DNA of 64,000 nt, the filler included, from Basidiobolus ranarum (Eukaryota): the NCBI GenBank assembly GCA_040143965.1. It is 6 parts of 6 records of this genome, joined end to end, with 100 filler letters (N's around TTAATTAATTAA, not from the genome) between each part and the next. Parts side by side here need not be neighbours in the genome. Positions count along the whole stretch, not along the records: positions 54,068 to 64,000 come from JASJQH010000764.1; 5 more parts are not named here. One strand, given 5' to 3'. The translations under genes were made by a program, and so were the position numbers. Shown here one piece after another: positions 53,968 to 64,000 of the stretch; the first letter of the stretch is position 1; every line of letters begins with the position of its first letter. The notes under the pieces were generated by a model, which searched no databases, had not been told where the DNA came from, and was given only the letters and a program-made list of their open reading frames with translations.

Positions 53968-54067
53968 NNNNNNNNNNNNNNNNNNNNNNNNNNNNNNNNN
54001 NNNNNNNNNNNTTAATTAATTAANNNNNNNNNNNNNNNNNNNNNNNNNNNNNNNNNNNNNNNNNNNN

Positions 54068-56163
54068 ATATTTCCGGTAATGGATTGCAAATTTTGTTTA
54101 TTATAAGCTGTTTCTAAGCAATTTCATTACACCAAGTTTACCATCTGAAAATTTCAATGCCATTCAAAAAGCATTCAATATCAAAATCGGAATTGGCTTC
54201 CAAGCCAAAGCCTTCTGGCACAAGAGGAGAAAAAACAGCAAGAACAGAGGTCTTAATTGATGAGTAGTCTAGCAATCCACTATCCACTTTGGAAGCCATT
54301 AACATGCTGGGAACTAACTAAAGTAATGACAAAGCATTAATCAATTTACCCAATGTGTTCCTTTCCAGCAATAGTGCAAGTGAGGAGATTGTAATCACCC
54401 ACTTACATAGCAAATCAATAGTGGAGCAAAGTTCAACCAAAATGCTATCAAGACTATCAACTTCCAAAATAGCTACTTTGCCCACTATTGAACCACCCTC
54501 TATAAGAAATATAGATAGAATTATTACAACAAGAGAATTGCAGGCAGAACACCATAATGATTTGTATGCAATCATAAGTAAAAACTATGAAGTTGCAATA
54601 CAGGCCATGACAAGCAATAATGCCGCAATATTGCAATGAATGCAGGGTTTGGAAGAAACTTGTCAAAAGTTAGAGAGTCACTCAACAATGATACAAGATC
54701 TTCAGAATGCTGCACTTGAGCTACAGCAACAAGCTGCTCTCCCCATCCATTCTCATACAGGATTTCAATCAATCTAACACCATACATATGAATGACACTG
54801 TTACAATCAGGCAGAGCAGAATATGTGTTGGACCATTAAGCCAGCACAACAACCAGAAATTGCTTGGGCACATGAGGGTAGAAATCTCATAGGAAAACTG
54901 GCAAACCAAAAGAATCTGAATGTCAGATTGGCTGTCAATTGCTCTGATGATGAGTTATTTAATATTTTGGAAACTGTCCAGAATCTTGCCAAAAATCACC
55001 TGGATTTGAGCCAATTGTGGAAAAACTAAAAACCAGGCATTACTCTGAGGGTTCATAGCTTATTTCATGTGGCTTATCCTGGGTTTTTGCAAGCAAATGG
55101 CAATTGGGCAAGTATAGGTCTATTTGTGAAACATGTCAAAAATGTATGCAATTATTGACTTGGAAAAGAAAGAAAGGCAGCTAAAGAAGTACCTCAGGTG
55201 CAGGAAGTTAGTAAACCCAAGGGAAAAGTAAAGGAGCCAGTGAGTTTAGGATCTACTGTCCCACTTACTGAATTCTTTGCGCCATTACAGATATCTGCAT
55301 TTCCACAGTCAGATATATTGGCAAAAAAGCTTAATTTCACCATGGAACCAGGCACACCAGTTGGAATAGTGCTAAATTTGGAAGTTTATCCAACAACTGG
55401 CACCTCTCAACAAGCCTAAACACCAGCAAATAAGCCTCACAGCTCTCCAACCTCAACTGGTACTTTTCAAAGTGCTGAAATTAGCCCCAAAGTTAAAGGC
55501 AAGCAAAAAGCCACACTAACACCACAAAGTACCCTCAGTAGTGTCACACAAAAAGGATGTATCACAATAGTCAAACTGCTTGAGGAGTATTTTCAAAAGT
55601 ATGAAGAGAAAACTGCAGTGCAAGTATGCAGAAAGTGGCTTCAGAAGAACATTCAACTTGACATTCAGTCTGGTGTTGACCATGCAGATATATGGGAAGA
55701 ACTTAATACAGAGTGGCATAATATGGCAGGGTATCTGCCAGAAAGCTGGAAAAATGTTGATTCAGCAACATTAATACAATGGTGGGCTTTGATGGAGATA
55801 TCAATACTTACTTGTGTTGGGTATGAGCTAAACCTTGGGTTTGAAGAACTCTATAAAAATATTCAGGAGAATATATCAAAGACACTAGGGATTTCAAAGA
55901 TGACAAATTAGCATTTAAGTGGTAATTGTGTAAAATTTGAGTTACATCTTTCATGCATGTGTTGATACATAGTTCTTTGAGATTGTAGCCAATCATGTGC
56001 AACTATTTTACAAGATCTTGAAATTTCACTCCTGAAACTGAAAAAATTGATTAAAATCAAATTGAACTTGATGATTTTAGGACTTTAAGTAAAAGGTCAA
56101 TCCCAAATGTATTAAAATTGTGACAGTTTTCCTACAATAACAATCCTCAAATTTCTGTTAGGG
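54068..56163 (+). mobile_element. Right half of a CMC/EnSpm-like DNA transposon: decayed ORF2 (~54157-55911), subterminal region and terminus TGTTAGGG
   Basis: ORF2 start MPFKKHS is repeated at 61686 and 63464. CTGTTAGGG at 56155-56163 is the reverse complement of the left termini CCCTAACA. Confidence 0.75.
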
Positions 56164-56184
56164 AACTAGCAATATAGAGATAAA

Positions 56185-56418
56185 TGTGTAAAATTTGAGT
56201 TATGTTTCTTGCATGTGTGTTGATCCATAGTTCTCTGAGATTGTAGCAAATCATGTGCAACAATTTTGCAAGATCATGAAATTTCACTCCTGAAACTGAA
56301 AAAATGGATTAAAATTAAATCTAACTTGACAATTTATGATGGTAATAAATAGTCAATCCAAAATGAATTAAAATTTTGATGGTTTTCCTACAATAACAAT
56401 CCTCAAGTATCTGCTTGG
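56185..56418 (+). repeat. Second copy of the element's right subterminal sequence (direct repeat of ~55927-56163)
   Basis: TGTGTAAAATTTGAGTTA...CCTACAATAACAATCCTCAA is repeated; the end is degenerate. Confidence 0.8.
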
Positions 56419-57840
56419 ATTCATGTCATTAGTTGCTTTAATCAGGTCCTCTACATATAAGGCTAATACACTGTGTTAGTCATATCTGGCTTGAAGTAGA
56501 TACCATAGTCAGCATTACTCAATTGGAATTTGAGTGTTTCCAAAAAATGTTTATCATGTTATTCCAAGCTCTTGGGTATTGTTTTTAGCCATAGAGAGCT
56601 TTCTGGAGTATGCAAACACTTTTAGAAGTACTGGGTCAAGAAATTTGTCTGGCAAGTCTCTATAGATCTCCTCAGCATGCTCACAATTCCAAAAGCAGCT
56701 TAAACATCCATCTGATGTATAATATACCAATATTTAGCTGAAATTGCTAAAATCAACCTAATCAAATTAAACTTTGCTAAAGGAGCAAAATCTTCTGTAT
56801 ATACTATTCCCAGTGTTTGGGAATAGTCTTTGGCTACTAGTTTAGCCTTGTACTTTTCTATATTGCCATAGCAGTTGCATTTCACTTTAAACCCCCATTG
56901 GCAGCCAATTGATTTTCTATTATCAGGTAAGTTGGTTAAAATCTAAGTTTGATTATTTGTCAAAGCCTGGTACTCATCAGCCATTGCAGATCTTCAAAAC
57001 TCTGTGTGAGGGCCATTCAGAGCCTCTTTTACAGTCTAGGGCTCATGTTGTAGAGCTGTACAGGCACAGGCCCAAATTTGGGACTTATTGATATAATATT
57101 CAGGGCTATTCATGATCCAATTTGTTCTCCTGGTTTGGGAAAAAAGTACTACAACTTCTGGCATTGTATTGGGCACTTCAGCAAGCATAAATCTGGTTAA
57201 AGGGTCTACAGGAATGCTACTTCCTTCATCATTTTGATTTGAATCAATCTGAATGATTGGATCAGGAGAAAATTGATTTTTGTCAGCATCTGAGAACATT
57301 TTGGGTGAAGATTTTCATTATCATTTGACAAAACTTCCCTGGACTTGACTAACTTTGAAATTTGATATCATAGAGTCTTAAGGTCTTAGTTGGTGTCAAG
57401 TTAGACAGGCTTCTAAGAAAAATCCTATGCTTCAGATATATAGCTGTAGCAATGGATTCTACCCAAAAGTTATGAGATAAATTTTGTTCAATAATCATAG
57501 ATCTTGCCATTTCTATATAGTCCTGTTAGTTCTGTCAGCAACTCCATTTTGCTGAGAAGAATAGGAGGTAGTAGTTTCTTGCTTAATGCCATGAACTTTG
57601 CAAAAGGGAATAAGTAGCATTGAATTATATTCTCCACCTTCATCAGTACACATTTTCTTGATTTTAGTTCTAGATCAGTCTTCACAAGTGGTTTAAAATC
57701 TCTAAGGATAAAGAGAGCTTCTTCTTTTCTTTCAATAAAGTAGACTGAAGTGTATCTTGTACAATCATTAAAAAATGTGATTCAGTATCTTTTTCTGCCT
57801 GACAATAAATTTTGCATGGGTCTACATATATATGAATGTA
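56419..57840 (-). mobile_element. Decayed Copia integrase/RT fragment
   Basis: YKAKLVAKDYSQTLGIVYTEDFAPLAKFNLIRLILAI and IHQMDV; homologous to 42181-42950 and 40100-40950. Confidence 0.85.
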
Positions 57841-59385
57841 CCCAAACAGATATAAAATCAATTTGATCAGGATGAGATCAGCCCAGCTAAATTGCCAAAC
57901 TTTCAGAGAACCTTCACAATATTGGTGGCTTGTATTCTGCCAGAGATTTTGATAGATTGATGGTGGTTTCTTGATGGCATTTTGCTGGTGTTCACACATG
58001 TTAAAGTACTGATCCTCATATTTGGAATGTGTAACTAATTTCTGGCAATATTTTGAAAAATATAATTTTTGAATGGCAAATTATAGGGTTTACTGCTGTA
58101 GGAATTCAAATTATTATGCATGCCTTTCTTCAGATATTTTTGGCTTTTTATTCCAGCCATAATGAGAATCAAAAAATACAGGAATCTTGTTGTATTTAGT
58201 CTCTACATATGCATATACTTGACTTATCAGACATAACTCAACAACATCAATATGCTTTACCTGCAAACTAATGGTGGAAAAATTGCTAAACATCAGAGAT
58301 TTTGAATAGCACTAACACTTGGCAAATAGCTGACTCTTGTCAGCATTCACTATGAGAATAAGCTCTTGGATTTTGGCAAATTTCTGTAAAGAATTATGCC
58401 AATATATCCCCAACTTGCAGGCAACAAATGTCCTGCCTTAAGTAGTTGTTTCATTGCTTCAATAGATTGCCCCATGGCTAAAACAATAATACTGCATATC
58501 TTGATCTATCTGACCAAGAAGTCTGTCTTGCAGCTTTCCTAGAAATACCATCAGATTATTACACAAACAAATTGGTCCAAATTATAGAGATACTAACTCT
58601 GTGTCCATGACAAGGATATTGTATCACATTGTTAATCAGATTAGTATATGGTAGTACTGACATTATCAAATGGAGCATCATTTCACCACAGGTGCACTGC
58701 ATTGAGAACTCCAAGAATGTATAGCAAGGGCCTATAATCTCTAAGCATTGTGAAAGATGGAGCAGGGAATTTATTGAATAGAGGTGTAAATTCAGTCTAT
58801 CTTCTTTAAACCTGTAATAAAGTTTTCATATCCAATTACAAAATCTTTGCACAGTTGCTATAGCTGCCTGAGATCTGCCAATGTGAGTTGATGCCATAAG
58901 AATACATTAAAAATCTCCACAAACAACTCCTGATGTTCCCAATACTTATCAGGCAGAAGTCTTGTCAAAATTCCACTTGAATAAATATAAGTCTAATACT
59001 TCCAGTCTTTGAATTTGAATAAATGCCTAGATTAGTGTATATTGATGGGAGTCCTGGTAAAATATGATGGTATCTTGACCTTTTCAAGCATTTTCACAAT
59101 AGATTCAAACTTTGATCCTATCACAGATAGCTCATTCATGTTGAATTTTCCACTATATTGCAGAGCAAGTAGTATTGAAATGTTCTTGCGCATTAAGTGC
59201 ATGGTGCCTAATGGGAAGCTCTGGTGCCGGCTGATCCCCTTGAGCAATATAATCTTTGGCTTATGGCTAATACCAAGTTTCATGTTGGACTGACTATTTG
59301 GTGAGTTGATATCTGGGATCATGCTGAAATCTGACCAGGCTCTTGATGGTAAAAGCATGGAGTTTAGGCTTGTATTTGGATAGTA
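57841..59385 (-). mobile_element. EnSpm-like copy 1: left terminus and decayed transposase 3' part
   Basis: Starts CCCAAACAG. Contains SFPLGTMHL, IPSYFTRTPINI and GPCYTFLEF, resembling fungal Tnp2/CACTA-type transposase motifs (FPxDxMH, IPxxFGR, GPxxxxWxFxxER). Confidence 0.7.
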
Positions 59386-62300
59386 CCCTAACAAAATTAA
59401 ATCAATCTGATCTGGAGTGGATCAACCCTTCTAAATTGCAAAATGTAAGAGAACCATCTCAACATCAGTGGCTTGCATTTTGCAAGGGATTTTGATGGTG
59501 TGACAGCAGTTTCTTTATGCTATTATGATGGTATTTGTACATGTTAAAATTTTCATCCTCTTATTTGGCAGGTGTTATCAATTTCTGGCAATTTTACAAA
59601 CAAATTAGTCCAAATTACAGTGGTACCTACTCTGTGTCCATGGATTGGACTTTGTTGCTGTTATTGTGCTGAAACAATGTGAAAACCCATGAGCACATTG
59701 AGAAGAGCCCTTTGTTAGAAGGTTAATATACTCTGGAGTCTCCTTAACCCATTGCATTACATCCATCACTGATTCTGCTGATACATTGTTAATCCAGTTA
59801 GCATATGGTTATACTGACAATTTCACATCGCACATCATTTGGCCACAGGTGTGTTCAATTGGGAACTCTCAAAATGTATAGCAAGGGCCTATAATCTCTA
59901 AGCATTCTGAAAAATGCAGCAGGGAATGTTTTAATACAGGCATATATTCAGTCTATCTTCTATAAACCTGTAATAAAGTTTTCATATTGAATTACCAAAT
60001 CTTTGCACAGTGACTGTATCTGCCTGATATCTGCCAATGTGATTTGATGGCATAAGATTATATTAACAATATCCACAAACAACTCCTAATGTTGCCATTA
60101 CTTATCCAGCAGAAATCTCTTCAAGATTCCACTTAAACATATACAAATCCAATATTTCCAGTCTTTGCATTTAAATAAATGCCTAGATGAGTAGATATTG
60201 ATGGGAGTCCTGGTAAAATATGATGGTATCTTGATGTTTTCAAGCAATTTCCCAATTGATTCAAACTTTGATCCTATTTCAAATGGCTCATTCATATTGA
60301 ATTTTCCACTATATAGCTGAGTAAGTAGTAGTGGAATGTTGTTGAATAGTGAGTGCATAGTACCCAAAGGGAAGCTCTGGCTCCAGCTGATCCCCTTTAG
60401 CAATATAATCTCAGGCTTATGGCTAAAACCAAGTTTGATGTTATACTGACTATTTGGTGAGTTGATAGCAGTGATCATGTTGAAATTTGACTGGGCTCTT
60501 GATGGTAAAATCATGGGGTTTAGTTTTGTATATGGATGGTAGTAATGAGCATGTGCTCAAAGAAACCTTGACTTTTCTGATTCTGGTAGTGATGTCAATC
60601 AAGTATGTAGGTAATACAATCAGCTTTACAGTAAGTACTTTGGTATTGGATCAATGATCTATGTTTGGGTTATTTCATCAAAACTTTAAGACAGGGAATC
60701 AATGGTATGTAAGCCAAATATGAACAAAGTTTACCTGATTCCATGCTTGCCAATTGTGTTCAAACAGTGCATGACTTCAGGTTTTTCAGATCACTGGTGA
60801 AAGCCAAATAACAATTTGGACATGAAGGTAGTTTAATTACTGAAGGATTATAAGTCACACAACTGAAAAGTGTTTTCCACTTGTACCAGGTCTGTGGCAA
60901 GTAGCAGTTGCCAATCCACTGTGATAAAAGTGTAAGAAACCCAATAAACACCTGGTTGCCAAGATTGGATGGAACTCCCCCCTCCTCAATAATCAAAGCT
61001 GCTTCCTTTACCATAAGTGTTATGAGTAGACTAATGCTTGCCCATAACAAAGAGTCTGTAACAAAACCATTGTCTTCTTCTTCAACTTCTGATATACTGC
61101 TATCAGTACTGGAATAAGCAAGGTTAACATCTAGCAGCATGTCTTCAAAGTTGTGTGTACTTACTGATTCCACCAAAGTTGCATTTCTATCTACATCATT
61201 CTGGTCATTTGACGGCAGAAACTCCATGGTATCTTGACTTTTGGCAGTTTTCCCAAAACTTTGAGGCAAAGTACAGTCCATGGACTCAGCAGGCAAATCC
61301 AAGGTCAATTTTGTGCACCTATTACTATTGATATTCACCAGGCTTTGTGCTACTGGTGGCTTTGTATAGTGAACATGCTTGAGATTATTTTTTCTCCGAA
61401 TACTCTGGCTTTCCTAGCACAAGAATATGTGACAATAATAGCAGGGCTCCTTTAAATGTTTGTGTTGTGGCATGAGAAAGATGTTGTGCAAAAAAGAACA
61501 CCTTCTACAAAAGAGTGGCATTATAGGTATAGCCCATCAATAGCAGCAGCTGATTCTGAGACAATGACACAAATGAGTCATCAGGGGATTTACAGGATAT
61601 TTCTGGTAATGGATGGCAATTTTGGTTTATTATAAGTTGTTTCTAAGCAATTTTATTACACCAAGCTTACCATCTGAAAATTCCAATGCCATTCAAAAAT
61701 CATTCAAAATCTGCTTCCAAGCCAAAGTCTGCTGGCATGAAAAGCAAAAAGCCAGCAAGAACAGTGGAGTTAATTGATGAGTGGTCTGGCAATCCACAAT
61801 CCACTTTTGAAGGTATTAACATGCCTGAAACTAACTCAAGTAATGACAAAGCATTAATTAATTTACCTGATGTGTTCCTTTCCAGTGATAGTGCAGGTGA
61901 AGAGATTGTAATCCCCCAATTACATAGTAAATCAATAGTTGAGCAAAGTTCAACCAAAACATTGTCAAAACCATTGACTTGCAAAATGGCTACTTTGCTC
62001 ACTATTGAACAACCCTCTGCAGAAAATATGGATAGAATTACTACAAGGCAATTGCAGGCAGAACACCATGATCATTTGTAGGCAATCATAAGTAAGAACT
62101 ACAAAGTTGCTATACAGGCAATGACAATTAACAACACTACAATATTGTAATTAATGCAGTTTTGGAGGCAACTAGTAGACAGTTAGAGAGTCACACAACA
62201 ATGATACAAAACCTTCAGAATGCTGTACTTGAGCTACAGTAACATGCTGCTCCCTCTGTCCATTCTCATACAGGATTTCAATCAATCCCACACCATACAT

Positions 62301-62486
62301 ATGAACATCACCATGACAATCTAGCAGAGAAGAATATGTGTTGGACCATTAAGCCTATACATTGACCTGAAATTGCTTGGGCACATGAAAGTAGAAATCT
62401 TATAGGAAAACCAGCAAACCAAAAGACTCTGAATGTCAGAGCTGCCATCACTTGCTCTAATGATGAGTGGTTTAACATCATGGAAA
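59386..62486. mobile_element. EnSpm-like copy 2, nested in copy 1: transposase on the minus strand (~59700-61340) and divergent ORF2 from 61686 on the plus strand
   Basis: Starts CCCTAACAAAA. Contains CPNC...C zinc-finger-like motif, YIPLIPCL, SFPLGTMHSLFNNI and GPCYTF*EFPIEHTCG. Confidence 0.75.
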
Positions 62487-64000
62487 CCCTAACAAAAATA
62501 AAATTGATTTGATCAGGATTGGATCCACCCTCTGAAAGAGCAAAACCGTCAGAGAACTGTCACAATATTGGTGGCTTGCATTCTGCCATGGATTTTGATG
62601 GTGTAATGGTGGTTTCTTGATGGGATTGTGATGGTATTCTTACATGTTATAATATTGATCCTCAAATTTGGCATGCATTATTCAATATCTGGCAATTTTT
62701 GCAAAATATAATTTTGAAATGGCAAATCACTGGGTTTACTGCTGTAGGAATTCAAATTAATATGTATGCCTTTATTTAGATATTTTAGGCTTTGTATTCC
62801 ACCCATAATGAGAATCAAAAAATACAAGAATCTTGTTTTGTTTAGACTCTACATATGCACATGCTTGACTGATTAGACATAAGTCAATGACATCAATATG
62901 TTTTACCAGCAAGGTAACAGTAGAAAAATTGCTAAGCATCTGAAACTTTGAATAGCACTTACACTTGGCAAATAACTGACTCTTGTTACTGTTCACAATG
63001 AGAATAAGCTCTTGGATTTTGGCAAATTTCTGTAAAGAATTGAGCCAATATATCCCTAACTTGCAGTCAACAAATATCCTGCCACAAGTATATGTGTCAT
63101 TGCTTGAATTGATTACCCCATGGTTAAAACAATAATACTGCATGTCTTGATCTATCTCACCAAGAAGTGTGTCTTGCAGCTTTCCTAAAAATACAGTCAG
63201 ATTATCACACAAGCAAATTAGTCAATTATAAAGATACTTACTCTGTGTCCATGAGAAGGATATTGTAGATAAAAGAACACATCCCATGTAAGGGTGTTAC
63301 TTTAGGTATAGCCCATCAAATCATCAGCTGATTCTGAGATAGTATCACAGATGAGTCATCAGGGGATTTACAAGATATTGCTGGTAATGAATGGCAATTG
63401 TGGTTTATTATAAGCAATTTCTAAGCTATTTCATTTCAGCAAGTTTACCCTCTGAAAATTTCAATGCCATTAAAAAAGCATTCAAAATCCAAGTCAAAAT
63501 CAGCTTCCAAGCCAAAGCCTGCTGGCACAAGTGGAAAAAAACCAGCAAGAACCGAGGACTTAATTGATGCGCAGTCTAGTGATCTACTATCCACCTTGGA
63601 AGGCATTAACATGCCGGAAACTAACTCAAGTAATGATGAAGCATTAGTCAATTTACTGGATGTGTTCCTTTCCAGTGATAGTGCAAGTGAGAGATTGTAA
63701 TCCCCTAATTATGTAGTAAATCAATAGTTGAGCAAAGGTCAACCAAAAAACCGTCAAGACCATCAACTTCCAAAATGGCTACTTTGCCCACTATTGAAGA
63801 ACCCTCCGTAGAAAATTTGGATAGAACTATTACCACAATGGAATGACAGGCAGAATACTGTAATGATTTGTATGCAATCATAAGTAAAAACTATGAAGTT
63901 GCTACACAGGCCATGACAAGCAATAATGCCGCAATGTTGCAATTAATGCAGCATTCAGAAGCAACCAGTCCCCAGGTCGAGAGTCACTCAACAACGATAA
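62487..64000. mobile_element. EnSpm-like copy 3, nested in ORF2 of copy 2, internally deleted
   Basis: Starts CCCTAACAAAA. The transposase 3' end joins directly (~63270) to the promoter region and ORF2 start at 63464. Confidence 0.75.

Noticed and set aside
55927-56418. ~260-bp tandem duplication as a possible array or satellite
   Set aside because: Explained as stacked right ends of two nested EnSpm-like transposons.

Overview
Eukaryotic, intron-rich fungal nuclear DNA. The short introns, trypsin-like protease and retained U12 introns suggest an early-diverging lineage such as Basidiobolus/Zoopagomycota; this is an inference, not verified. The window is not contiguous. It is six ~10.7-kb contigs joined by artificial 100-bp linkers (44 N + TTAATTAATTAA + 44 N), so adjacency across linkers is meaningless. 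Recognisable genes: ALG3, U1-C, a sphingoid-base kinase, an LRR-RhoGEF-PH protein, a trypsin-like protease (5' end), SERF/4F5, TRS23, an RRM protein, PMA1, RPL20, TIM8, CAF1/POP2, GCD7 (eIF2B-beta), RPL28, RER1 and EF-2, plus several unknown ORFs and probable pseudogenes. Repeats are decayed Ty1/Copia elements with three LTR families and a nest of CMC/EnSpm (CACTA)-like DNA transposons with CCC termini. Most notable: (1) an intronless secreted protein with four tandem trefoil (P-type)-like repeats that all lack the C1-C5 disulfide pair; (2) two minor-spliceosome (U12) introns, one GT-AG in ALG3 and one AT-AC in GCD7; (3) long structured introns in two ribosomal protein genes; (4) a serially self-nesting EnSpm-like element carrying a divergent second ORF of unknown function.
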